The notes: generated by a model not told the origin, from the sequence alone. A stretch of 64,000 nucleotides of DNA from Eledone cirrhosa (GCA_964016885.1 OZ024755.1:10354001-10418000), one strand, 5' to 3'. Positions 1 through 13,664 are shown, numbered from the stretch's first letter. Made by a program: numbers and translations.

Positions 1-56
<56 letters not shown>

Positions 57-263
57 AGAGATTCTTTATTATGGTTGCCTTGTTGCTCTACAGTTTGACT
101 TGTGTAGTCATAGGATCAGTATTTTGTCTGATATCGCAGTGTGTAAGTGTGAACACAGGTGAAACTCCAGAGAAACAGGACACACCACTTAGTCATAGTG
201 GGAGAGGGAGTGAGGAAAATATCAAATTACCATTTCCTTGTCAAACCTACCAGAAAGTGGTTG

Positions 264-470
264 TCACCTGATCATGTGCTTATTTGAGGGTCGTGAGGGA
301 AGAGTTCTCAAACACTCCTTCCAGCGGGTCCTGTCAGAAGCAACCGTTTCCAACTGATCTGACTGTATCCCCAGGCGAGACCATCGACGCTCACGGATGT
401 TATCCAACCATCTTGCTCGGGGTTTACCCCTGGGTCTCCTGCAGATTGGTTTTTCCAAGAAGACACTTGC
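264..470 (-). mobile_element. RTE-clade LINE 3' fragment
   Basis: Translation RRPRGKPRARWLDNI...W...LETVASDRTRWK matches the C-terminal signature of RTE ORF2. Confidence 0.7.
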
Positions 471-970
471 CCAAGGTAAACCCAGAAACTTATAGTTGAG
501 AAGCGAAGTCCTTAACCACCCAGCCATAAATGAAACATTTTTTTTTTTAAGTCTGTGGCCGAAACACGGGTGTTTATCAGGCTGGTGCTAAGAAGAAGAA
601 GAAGAAGGAGAAGAAGAAGAAATCAACTATCTTCAGTCTTCAGGCCTGGAGATGAGAAGAAATCCGGCAGGTTTAAAGTGTCCAAGACATGTGTGTAACG
701 ATAGCGCCCCTACGACACCACGAGGGGTTAAGGATTCACGAGGATGATGATTTGGCAATATCTATTTATATATATATAAAAAAAACCACTTGGTTCTCTA
801 CAAATATTTTCACTGTCATGGTCACCCCACTACCCTACCATTTCCTCTCTTCTCTCTTCCTTTCCTGGCTTATTTAGATGACATATGACTTGGTTGGAAT
901 GTGACTGGCTCTTATCTGTCTGTCGGACTGTCTATCTGTCTGTCTGTCTGTAATGCTAACTACCAACTAG

Positions 971-1050
<80 letters not shown>

Positions 1051-1052
<2 letters not shown>

Positions 1053-1253
1053 CGAAGGAATTGTGGTAAGGAACCAGATGGACCATAACGCACCAGAGTA
1101 CTCAATAGTTAGGGTAGTAGAGTGGGTAATAGGAAAAGGTATGACCCCGACGGCAGAGCTCAAGCCGTTTCGACGGCTATTTCTGGACTGAAATAGTCGT
1201 CCAGAAATAGCCGTAGAAACGGCTTGAACTCTGCCGTAGGGGTCATACCTTTT

Positions 1254-1258
<5 letters not shown>
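1051..1258. mobile_element. Fold-back element (family C) between two (TA)n runs, carrying hammerhead 3' halves
   Basis: 60-bp arms at 1129-1188 and 1199-1258 with 3 mismatches. Contains GAA-ACGGC-loop-GCCGT-A/C and shares GTACTCAATA with family A. Confidence 0.6.
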
Positions 1259-1339
<81 letters not shown>

Positions 1340-1428
1340 TACAAAGCCTTTGATTTCTGACACGCACGCATGCACACATGCGCGCGGGAACACGTGCACG
1401 CACGCACTTATCTCTCTATACATACATA

Positions 1429-1766
1429 CATGATGGCTGCCAACTCGTTTTCGAGTACGACCATTACTTTATATCCATATAGGAGAACCCCTACCGATGC
1501 GCTGAACGAGTGTGACTTTTTAGTCCAGCCAGCGACTTGAAAACTCTGGTACAAACACTACACTTGTGACAATTATTGACACATAGTGCTAGGGCCATGG
1601 TACCATGTGACGACAAGTGCAGAGAGATCTCCAGATATAAAGCAATGCCTGTGCCGTGAAGCTTTTATAGTGAGTAAAGGCACTGCACAAAGCCAGTCCC
1701 ACTCTGTTAACCAAGATGATATTTACCAAAAAGAAGAACAAGTCAACATCATTGGATACCATCATA
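1429..1766 (+). mobile_element. MITE-like element of about 335 bp, copy 1
   Basis: Near-identical to 8811-9144. Imperfect TIR CATGATGGCTGCCAA / TTGGATACCATCAT(G), in TA-rich microsatellite flanks. Confidence 0.65.
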
Positions 1767-2259
1767 CATACAAATATGCATACATACATACAAATATACA
1801 TACATACGGGTTATATACCAACCCGCTTGGACCAAAATATGACTGAACTTGGATTTGCGGACAAAGAGCGCAGCTCCCCTAATTCATAGTCTGCAAATGG
1901 TTGCGATAGTTGGCACTTTCAAAATTTGCAAAACATTCTTGCGATTCAAGGGATGACAATTTCTTTTCCTTTACAACCTTGCACCAGGAAGGTGGCCGGT
2001 CAAAAATATATACTCGAAATTAAGAGAAAGAGATTATATACATACATACATACATACAAATATACGTACGTACTTACACACAAATACATACATACAAACA
2101 TAGACGGACAGATAGGCACAAACATTCATATACAGACAAGCATACATACACATACGCAGTGGCTGACTGGCCAGCTTACCAGGTTGCCCAATGGCAAGTG
2201 GGCTCTAGAGGGCCCACGGTAGCATTGCAAGAGCTCACAGTAGCATTGCTGGGCCCACT

Positions 2260-2290
<31 letters not shown>

Positions 2291-3229
2291 ATTAGTAGTA
2301 GTAGTAGGAGGATGAGGAGGAGGAGGAGGAGGAGAGAGAGAGGTGGGGGAGAATGGGGGAGAAATGAGGTGGAACAGAAATGAAACATGGATTGCAGGTT
2401 AAAATATAGTCTAGATAGATGTGAAACAAAACGAGGATGGAGTTTATGGAACACCCAAATGATTTAGAAGTCGACCTTAAGTAGAAGCAATAACATTAAG
2501 AAAGACATGAACGACGCCACAGTGTTGAAAATTTTGGAAGTAGGTTTATAAGTATGAATTTTCATAAGATTTTCGTAGTTGTCTCTGTGGCCTAGCGGTA
2601 AATATTAGAGACAGTGGAGCTCCTACCCTTGGGTTCAATCCTGGTCAAGAGGTAGATGCAACCTTTTTCAGTTTTTATTTTACAGCCAATAGAAAAAAAA
2701 AGTGTGTGTGTGTGTGTGCGTGGTAATTAGTAGGCGTTGAAAAGAAAAAGGATTTATTGTCTAATAGTAGTTAATTGTTAAGCGTTTTAATCTAATCGAT
2801 TTGCAATGCATACGAATATGAGCAGTGGCCTCTACGACGAATATCTAGGCTCTATAATTCTCTCCTTCAAAACACTGTTATTCTTATTAGTGTTGTTGTT
2901 GTTAGTAGTGGTGGTGTTTTTTGTTGTTGCTACTGTTGTTGTTACAGCTCACACCTATGTAAGTTTAACTGTCCTTCTACGAGGTTGTGTCTCATAGATT
3001 TGTTGGTTGTATTAACAATAGGGACCCTACTCTTATATTGTAACAGCTCTCACTTATGCAGGTTTAGTTAGCCCTCTACGAGGATGTGTCTCCTATTAGG
3101 CTTTTCGGGTGCTTTAACCCTTTCGTAATTATATTTCTAATGAAAATCACTGCCTATGATTTTCAAATCATTTTGAAAATAATCGAGTATTTGAAATGAT
3201 TTAGTCATATAAATTAACTTTAAATAATT

Positions 3230-4018
3230 AAATAATGTAAATCCAGATACATTAAATAATGTAGATCTAGATACATTAAATAATGTAGGCTTAGATATAT
3301 AGATAATGTAGATCTAGATACATTAAATACAGTAGGCTTGATACGTTCGATAATCTAGGTCTATATACAGTAGATAATGTAGTTCTAGATACGTTAGATA
3401 ATCTAGGTCTATATACAGTAGATAATTTAGATCTAGATACATTAGATAATATAGATTTAGATACATTTGATAATATAGTTCTAGATACATTTGATAATGT
3501 AGGTGTATATACAGTAGATAATGTAGGTCTATATACAGTAGATAATGTAGTTATAGATACATTAGATAATGTAGGTCTCTATATACAGTAGATAATTTAG
3601 ATCTAGATACATTAGATAATATAGATTTAGATACATTTGATAATGTAGTTCTAGATACATTTGATAATGTAGGTGTATATACAGTAGATAATGTAGGTCT
3701 ATATACATTTCATAATGTAGGTCTATATACAGTAGATAATGTAGGTCTATATACAGTAGATAATGTAGGTCTATATACAGTAGATAATGTAGTTCTAGAT
3801 ACATTAGATAATGTAGGTCTATATACAGTAGATAATGTAGTTCTAGATACATTAGATAATATAGATCTAGATACAGTAGATAATGTAGGTCTATATACAG
3901 TAGATAATGTAGGTCTATATACAGTAGATAATGTAGGTCTATATACAGTAGATAATGTAGGTCTAGATACAGTAGATAATGTAGGTCTATATACAGTAGA
4001 TAATGTAGGTCTAGATAC
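3230..4018. repeat. 24-bp minisatellite
   Basis: Unit AGTAGATAATGTAGGTCTATATAC, about 30 copies, seen as 8-aa periodicity in the ORF track. Confidence 0.95.
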
Positions 4019-4623
4019 ACTATTTGTGATCAAAAGACAAGATGGTCAAAGAGGGTGGTGATTAGACTACTATTTCTAGCAAGACGAGTGACCATGTAGA
4101 AGTCCTCCCGCTTCTTGTAAATGTAATTGTTGTGTTGCTGTTGTTGTAAGTGTTGTTGTTGTAAATGTTGTTGTTTGAAATGTTGTTGTTGTTGTTGATG
4201 TGCTGTGTTACCACGTTCATCTCAATCCCTCATAACTACTCCTACACCCCACCCCAACCCCTTCAGATGCCGCCCAAATACAAATTCCTGTTTAAAAGCT
4301 GTAAACCAGATTGAGTGTGACATGCAGTCAATCTGGTTTAGAAGGGGTCAACAAAGTAATGAAAATAAGGATCTAGCTGGTTACGGTGGGAAATAATGAG
4401 ATGGGTGGATACGGGGTGTACAAAGTAGGGGAAACAGCAAAGGAATGACAAGAATTTCCTTTCCTGTTCAACCAATATGGTTGATGTTGGGAGGGACAGA
4501 GTATCTAGCTATCTATCTCTCCATCTCTCCTTCTAGCTATCTCTCCATCTATCTATCCATCTATCTACCTATCCATCTATCTACCTATCTATCTATCGAT
4601 AGATCTACCTACCTACCTACCCA

Positions 4624-4687
<64 letters not shown>

Positions 4688-4694
4688 TTCTCTG

Positions 4695-4810
<116 letters not shown>

Positions 4811-4941
4811 CTCTCCAAGATGGCTGGCTGAATACGCACGTGTGTTTTATTTTATGGCCCACTTTTTTCCCCTCCTTTCCCCCGTTCCTTCCTCTCATCG
4901 CTTTTTATTTTCTATTCATCTTCTATTTCTAACTCTATCTA

Positions 4942-5821
<880 letters not shown>

Positions 5822-6139
5822 GAGAAAGAATGAGAAATAAGATAGATTGAGGGGACGGGTGGGTTGAAATTGGAAAAAATGTCTTTAGATAAAAATACCA
5901 GGTCCATTCATGTTGACATCTCTTATATATATTATTTATTTATGTTCATACACGGAACAAAAGGTTACACGGTTACCTAAGGTTTCAAGGCCCTATTTTG
6001 ACCATCATCCAGATGGTCAAATTGGGCCTTAAAGATAAAGTAAAGGTAATGCGAAATATTTAGATTTCTTCAAACGGTTTCCTCGGTCAATTTGGAAACG
6101 GTTGGTTTAGTTTAGAGCGACATGCTGGTTGGCACGTCA

Positions 6140-6193
6140 TCGTGGTAGTAGTAGTGGTAGTGGTTGTGGTTGTGGTGGTGGTAGTAGTAGTAT

Positions 6194-6246
<53 letters not shown>

Positions 6247-6428
6247 TTGATGGTAGTGGTGGTAGTGGGTGTGGTGCTGGTAGTGGCAGTAGTAGTAGTA
6301 GTAGCAGTGATGGTAGTGGTGGTAGTGGCCAGTAATGGAAGTTGTGATAGTAGCAGTAGTGGTGGTGATGGTGGCGGTAATAGTAGTAGCGGTGTTAGCA
6401 GTGGTGGTAATAGTAGTATTGGTGGTGC

Positions 6429-6479
<51 letters not shown>

Positions 6480-7560
6480 CAGTAGTAGTAGTAGTAGTAG
6501 TAGTAGTAATAGTAGTAGTAGTAGTAGTAGTGGCAGTAGTAGTAGTGGCAGTAGCTACTGTTGTAGTATATTTCCCAACCGTCAGAGTCAATATGTGGCC
6601 ATGATTGCATCATCGTCATACAATTTACCACCTCGCCTTGTCACAGTCCTATTACGTTGTTGTTTTAGTCGTAAATCTACTGCTGATGCTGATGGTGGTG
6701 GTGGCGTGGTGGGATGGTACTGCTGATAGTGGCGGTGGTGGTGGTGAGAATGGTGAGAGCGCTACTGCTGATAGTGGTGGTGGTGGTGGTGAGAGTGGTG
6801 AGAGCGCTACTGCTGATAGTGGTGGTGGTGGTGGTGAGAATGGTGGTGGTGAGAATGGTGGTGTTGGGGTGGGGGTGCTGATAGTGGTGGGGGTGGTGGT
6901 GGTGAGAATGGTGATGGCGGTGGTAGTGGTGGTGGCGGTGGTAGAGTGGTACTGCGATGGTGAGAGTGGTGGTGAGCTGGTACTACTGATAGTGGTGGAG
7001 GTGGTGGAGGTGGTGGTGGTGAGGTGGTACTGCTGATAGTAGTGGTGGTGGTGGTGGTGGTGGTGAGATGGTACTGCTGATGATAGTGGTGGTAGTATTA
7101 CTGATGGTGCTGGTGCTGCTAATAGTGGTGATGTTGCTGCTGTTGTTGGTGTTGTTGTCTTTGATTCTGTTGTACGTCTGCTGCTGATGTTGGTGGTGCT
7201 ATTGTTGTTGTTTCTGCTGCTGTTATTGCTGTCGTTGCTGTTGTTGATGTTTACTATAAAAGTTCGTCTAGAGTAGGAGTGGAGGGTGGAGGAGAGCATT
7301 CTTCAGAAGTGGTAGTAAAGGTCCTGGTGGTGGTGGTGGTGGTGGTGGTGGTGGTGTCTGTGACCGTGTTTGTGGTGGTTATGGTAGGGGCTAGTACAGG
7401 TGACGGTAACGGTTGAGGTGTTAGTGGTCATATCGGTGGTGAAGGCGGGGTGGGAGATGGCGGTGGTGGAGGTGGGGGTAAAGTTGTTGTTGTTGTTGAT
7501 GGTGGTGGTGGTTGTGGTGGTGGTAGTAGCGGAGAAGGTGCTATTTATGGCTGTGTTTGT
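6140..7560. repeat. (GTA)n/(GGT)n/(GTT)n trinucleotide low-complexity block
   Basis: Visible directly. It yields poly-V/S/T/G ORFs in several frames. Confidence 0.95.
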
Positions 7561-7623
7561 GGCGGCGACGGTCATAATGGCTTTGTCGCGCCTTTGATAT
7601 AACGTATGGTATATATGTGTGTG

Positions 7624-7657
<34 letters not shown>

Positions 7658-8180
7658 AGTGTGTGTATGTATGTGTGTAAGTGTATGTGTGTTGTATAAC
7701 ATCAACTTTGATAGAAGCAATATATTTGATGTGTATATGTACATATATGTATGTGTATGTACACCTGGATATGTATGAAAAGGAGCGTGCATGTACGAGC
7801 ATGCGTACCCGTGGTGGAGGTGTGCATGTGGATGCGAGAACGGCCGTGTGTGTGTGTGTGTGTGTGCATGCATATAGTGGGGGAAAAGATATGCAAGCGT
7901 GCGTGTATGTATGAGCTTGCGTGCATGTGTGTGTGTATGTGTGTATGTGTGTTTAGGTCTCCTTCATCATAATGTGTGTACACGAATAATGTCTTAACTG
8001 CAGAACAACCTTAATACAAACAAATTCAATTAAGAACACGAAGACAAACATCAGATATTTTAGAAAATACAATATGTACACAACATAGAATGTTCAATAT
8101 ATTTAAAGTTAATGCATATATAAGTTAATGTACAAAATATATATAAAATATGTTAATGTACAATATATATGCCATATATA

Positions 8181-8325
8181 GGAGGCGAATTGTTACGTCG
8201 GATAGAAGAATGCTTTGCGGTATTTCGGCTCTATGCTCTCTTTGAGTTCAAATTCCGCCGAGGTTAGCTTTGCTTTTCATCCTGACAGGGTCTATAAAAT
8301 AAAGTTATGTACCAGTCATATACTA
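8181..8325 (+). mobile_element. tRNA-derived SINE
   Basis: B-box GAGTTCAAATTCC followed by the TTTGCTTTTCATCC...ATAAAATAAAG...TACCAGT body that recurs across the window. Confidence 0.65.
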
Positions 8326-8810
8326 GCTGGCTAATAATTGGAGGTGGATGTCTAATTTAGTCACTCAGCTAACACTTGGAGGGGGGAGCGTCTAATTTAG
8401 CCACAGAGCTAACAATCGAGGGTAGAGTGGTCTAATTTAGTTACAGATTTCAAGTTACTGGGAGGAGGGAAGGGCGAAATAGGAGTAATCTGAAATCAGT
8501 ACACTTGAACAAATATCGAACGCTTTAACGAGTCTGCCAAATCGTCCGACTTTGCCTGATTGATTAAAATTAAAAAGTAAATAAGATTAACAATTGCCTT
8601 GCGTTGGTATATTTATTTATCATTGTATTAGTGTTATCGTAATAGTTATTGTCACAAATAACCCCCAGGTGAGGGGGACGTTATAAAACCATTGAAATAT
8701 TGAATCCCACCAACACCACCACCACCACCACACTCGAAATAAACGCCACTTAACCCGTATTCTAACCGGAATTACAAATCCTGTATTATATATATATATA
8801 TATATATATA

Positions 8811-9144
8811 GTGGCTGCCAACTCGTTTTCGAGTACGGCCACTACTTTATAGCCATGTAGGAGAACCCCTACCGATGCGCTGAACGAGTGTGACTTTTTA
8901 GTCCAGCCAGCGACTTGAAAACTCTGGTACAAACACTACACTTGTGACAATTATTGACACATAGTGCTGGGCCCATGGTACCATGTGACGACAAGTGCAG
9001 AGAGATCTCCAGATATAAAGCAATGCCTGTGCCGTGAAGCTTTTATAGTGAGCAAAGGCACTGCACAAGACCAGTCCCACTCTCTTAACCAAGATGATAT
9101 TTACCAAAAAGAAGAACAAGTCAACATCATTGGATACCATCATG
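8811..9144 (+). mobile_element. MITE-like element of about 335 bp, copy 2
   Basis: Near-identical to 1429-1766, inserted in (TA)n. Confidence 0.65.
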
Positions 9145-9266
9145 TATATATATACATATGTATATATATATATATACATACATATATATATATATATACA
9201 TACACACACACACATATATATATACATACACGCACACACACACACACATATATATATACATACACG

Positions 9267-9311
<45 letters not shown>

Positions 9312-9557
9312 ATCCATTTCAATCGTTACTACATAAAAATAATAAAAGAATAACACCAACAACAGCAACAAATATAACAACAACAAGTGTATATTTAAAA
9401 TCACACCAGCAATAACGCCTGCACAATTTTTTAAAATATATCCAAGTTGCCCTACTTTCAGACTAGGCTAGTAAACAGATTATAAATCTCATGACCTTTG
9501 GGTTTAGTACGGTGGAAGAATTAATTTAAAACCATTTTATTATTTCCATCGAGAAAA

Positions 9558-9925
9558 GGGGCGGTGAATTGACAGTATCGGTAGAGCGTCAGACAGAATC
9601 GTAGAGCTTTACAGCATATAGCTAGAGCCCTTTAAGTTCTGAACTCAAATCCCGTTGTGGTTAACTTTACCTTTCATACTTACAGGATCGATGAAATAAA
9701 GTACCAGTCAAGTACTGGATCAATAGAACTGACTTTCCCCTCCTTAAATTGCTGGTCCTGTGATTGATTAGAAATACTTAATATTCTTATTTAAGGGCGG
9801 TAAGTTAGCAGTATCGGTAGTGTATCAGACAACATGCTGTGTGTCATATAGTTACGATACTTTAGGTTCTGAGTTCACATCCCGTCGGTGTTAGTTTTGC
9901 ATTTCATCCTCACCGGGTCGACAAT
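9558..9925 (+). mobile_element. Two tandem tRNA-derived SINEs
   Basis: Two GGGCGGT...CAGTATCGGTAG heads, each with a B-box-like GTTCTGA(A/G)(C/T)TCA motif and the shared body. Confidence 0.65.
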
Positions 9926-10287
9926 ATATCGGACAACAACTTCAACGCATTAGAAACAATTTCGCTCCTTCCAATGCACCAAGGAAAACCCATTCTAGAG
10001 AACTTTTCAATAGTAAAAACAACCACGCGATGCACCCAGGGGACATTTTAAGGTTTAACTCAAATCATGTCTGATCCAAGTAGGAATCAGCCAAGATATT
10101 TGGGAGGAGATGTCTGAAAATCGTAAAGTTGCAAATGCTTTTGAAAACCAAAGAACATCCCGTGATAATCAACAACGCAGTGAAGGAGGTGAATATGAAC
10201 GAACGACGCTCTCAGCTTAGAATCTTGTGAAACATGTCAACAACAGCTATTCCACAGTCAATGCTCGCAATTAAAATAACAGATGAA

Positions 10288-10338
10288 AGTTTAAGCAAAG
10301 AGTCGTTGCTTTCACCCTTAACGGGATCTTCTGAAACT
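10288..10338 (-). ncRNA. Hammerhead-like motif (family B) with variant core
   Basis: Minus strand reads AGTTT-CAGAAGA-T-CCC(GTTAA)GGG-T-GAA-AGCAA(CGACTCT)TTGCT-T-AAACT. All three stems pair, with a U4-to-A change and a CUU site. Confidence 0.5.
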
Positions 10339-10410
10339 AAAAAAAATCTATCTGTGGACGCAGACGTAAATATTTCAAAAAACGATTTTAGTCTTCACAT
10401 TTATTATTAT

Positions 10411-10469
<59 letters not shown>

Positions 10470-10477
<8 letters not shown>

Positions 10478-10596
10478 TAACAGATTAAAGTTTAAGCAAA
10501 GAATCGCTGCTTTCACCCTTAACGGGATCTTCTGAAGATCCCGTTAAGGGTGAAAGCAGCGATTCTTTGCTTAAACTTTAATCTGTTATTTTAATA
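10470..10596. repeat. Perfect palindrome (63-bp arms, 1-nt centre) of the family B element
   Basis: Arms are exact reverse complements around T10533, directly after (TA)n. The plus strand shows a CTGAAGA...GAAA core. Confidence 0.9.
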
Positions 10597-10684
10597 AATA
10601 TTTGCTCTACGGTTCATATATATTTGATATATATTTATCCTTATCGAGCCCTCTTTGGATTTTAGTCTTCAAATTTATTATTAT

Positions 10685-10750
<66 letters not shown>

Positions 10751-10909
10751 GTGTGTTTGTATGTATATAAATATGTACATTTGTATATATTACATATGGA
10801 TGTATGTTATTACATATGTATGTATGTTATATCTATATATATATATATATATGCTTCCCTGATTATATATACATACATGCATACATACATACATACATAC
10901 ATACATACA

Positions 10910-10941
<32 letters not shown>

Positions 10942-11230
10942 CATATACATATATATATATAAGCATAACACAGCAGTCGCCCCTGACACAGTTTGAATTC
11001 ATCTCCCTGGTGACAACTGTTAGGTCCAGTGTACAATAGACCACACACTATGTAAATTTTGTACTTAACAATACCAGGTCTCATTCTACCGTACATACAA
11101 ACATACATCCATGCATACATACACCCATACATACATACACACATACACACATACATGCACGCATACATACATACGATCACAGATGCTGATGTCAGCATAT
11201 CTACACTCTAATTCACATATACTATAATTC

Positions 11231-11330
<100 letters not shown>

Positions 11331-12076
11331 TAAACATGCCTATATATATATACATATATGTATATATGAAATCATGGAATTATACATAGCTGATATTTCG
11401 GTATAAAATGTTCTACAAGTTTAACATTGCCTAATAATTGACTTCGACCATACATAGCTAATATTACGGCATAAAATACCTTACTCTCAGCTTGGCAATG
11501 ATAATAGGTCTTCAGATATTTTTATGGTTTCGCTCTGTCGTCATATTTATCGTCAAGTCATGATACTTTCGTGAGAATATAAATTTCAAACAGGTTTCCT
11601 TCTGTGTAAATATGTGATCTGAGGCACAAGATTCCTTTTTTGGTGTAGAGCGAGAATCACGTGGAAATCTTCAACTACCGCGATGTAATAATTGTGATGT
11701 CTCTGATATGACGTCACCAACTTGTCTGACGCCACGACTGTGATAAATCTTATGCTTCTGAAGTTATTATAATTGGTGACTCTGATTTCGGTGGTTTAAT
11801 ATCTGTGATGTAATAACTGTGATTAATGTGATTCTGATATTATGACTGATTATTGTTTTGTAATGACTGTCATTACTCTGTTGTAATGACTAAGATATAA
11901 TTCCGTGATGACATAACTTCAACCCTTCTCCATTTATGGATCTTTGTCTGGTACTACGAATACACGTAGCTTAATTTAGATATTTGGAATAAATTTAATA
12001 AGAAATCCTTCTACAATTTATAGCACTTACGTATAGACACATATATATATATGTGGGGTGGGGTATATACAGTATA

Positions 12077-12130
<54 letters not shown>

Positions 12131-12211
12131 GTTTATCCCAGGTTCAATCGGGTAACCACCGTAAGTAAGGTACTCAATACATAGCAGAGTATAAATATTT
12201 AATATAGAAAT

Positions 12212-12260
12212 GGCTTCTACAGGACTAGAACTGTTTCATTCGGGAGAAATCATCAGGAAG
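12212..12260 (-). ncRNA. Minimal type I hammerhead ribozyme (inverted copy)
   Basis: Minus strand reads CTTC-CTGATGA-TTTCTCCCGAAT-GAA-ACAG-TTCTAGTC-CTGT-A-GAAG(CC). Confidence 0.7.
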
Positions 12261-12392
12261 ATGTAGAAGCCATTTCTATATCAAATATTTATGCTTTGCT
12301 ATGTATTGAGTACCTTACTTACTGTGGTTACCCCCGATTGAACCCGAGATAAACTTATCTTTTAGCACTTTACCGTGTCCCTCTTAACCATA

Positions 12393-12443
12393 GGCTTCCT
12401 GATGATTTCTCCCGAATGAAACAGTTCTAGTGCTGTAGAAGCC
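12393..12443 (+). ncRNA. Minimal type I hammerhead ribozyme
   Basis: Stem I GGCTTC/GAAGCC, core CTGATGA, stem II T-TTC(TCCC)GAA-T, GAA, stem III ACAG(TTCTAGTG)CTGT. Predicted cleavage at GUA after 12437. Confidence 0.75.
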
Positions 12444-12501
<58 letters not shown>

Positions 12502-13664
12502 GGCTTCTACAGGACTAGAACTGTTTCATTCGGGAGAAATCATGTATGGACTTACATATATGTAAAGACCTATATATATATATATATATATATATAGGTT
12601 TTTACATATATGTAAGTCCATACGTACATACATACTATTACTACAGCCGTCATTTGCAATTGTGTATGAATTGGTAGTATATACCTTACTTTCGCTAAGG
12701 AATTTAAATGTCTATGTACTCGCAAACAGACATAGTCCCCATCTCGATTCTTCCTTCTTCCCTCCTTTAAATCCAGCGGAAAATCTAAGATGTCCCAGCT
12801 GAAAGGAAAGACACAAACCCTGGGCTGGTACGTTCTTTATCGACCTCGAAAGGATGAAACGTAAAGTGAACCACGGCAGGATTTAAACACAGAACGCAAA
12901 GATTCGAAACACATACATACATATACATATATTTTTAGTAGCATACGTTTTACGAGACACGCTAGGCTCTGGATGCCATGTGCGTTATTTTATATACGTA
13001 CACCATTCAGTCTTCTGAGATACTTAGAAGTTAAGGGTTTACTAATTCCACACCCACTGAAGAGCAATAGAATTGGCAATTCCCATTCACTAAATTGCGA
13101 AACAGCATTACCAAAAGCTGTCTGGGTGTTTAATAGTTGTCACAATTTCGGTTTGTATTTTTTTCTTAATTTATTCTTTTAAATTGAGTCTGGCAAATCC
13201 TATTGTTCATAGTTAGTATTTTTTTCACCCTGGCGAATCTGGTCCCTTACGATTTGAACAAATATATGTATATATCTGTGTGTTATCTCTCTTTTATATT
13301 CAATTATATTACATATATATATTAACCTTGTGCTGTAGATATATGTTGGAATAAAAATAACAATGGGTTAACAATTGATTGGGTGACTCCATGCATGAAG
13401 TAAATCTTTGTTTGGATGAATAAACCATTGGGTAGGCGAATTGTGTAAGTGTATTATACGTATCTTGGTTGACTGGTGAGTTACGTATAACACACACACA
13501 CACATATATATATATGTATAGGTAAAGACGACACAAAAAGACAAGGGAACAAACAGTTAAAACGTCAATGTTCAAAACAAATTGAAGAAAAAAATGTAAA
13601 AGAAGATTCGTGGTCGACAAAATATATGCACAAAAAAAACATGAACAATATAAGTATAGTAGAA

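Larger units (their letters stand above)
12127..12543. mobile_element. Penelope-like pLTR or retrozyme-type non-coding element (family A), fold-back arrangement at (TA)n
   Basis: 12127-12221 is inverted relative to 12262-12359. It holds two complete hammerheads plus a partial inverted copy at 12498-12543, and is bounded and interrupted by (TA)n. Confidence 0.65.

Noticed and set aside
1586-1846. Duplicated ORF (also 8964-9353) as a gene family
   Set aside because: Lies within the 335-bp dispersed repeat, starts at GTG and runs into microsatellite.
2581-2650. tRNA gene
   Set aside because: Has A- and B-box-like motifs but no convincing cloverleaf or acceptor stem, so it is more likely a SINE head. 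The same applies to 19754, 21830 and 63055.
3562-4033. YLDLHYLL and SRPTLSTV repeat ORFs, or a CRISPR-like array
   Set aside because: A 24-bp tandem repeat without unique spacers, in eukaryotic DNA with no cas genes.
6129-7597. Poly-Val/Ser/Thr/Gly ORFs
   Set aside because: Trinucleotide repeats open in several frames on both strands, with no domain or splice support.
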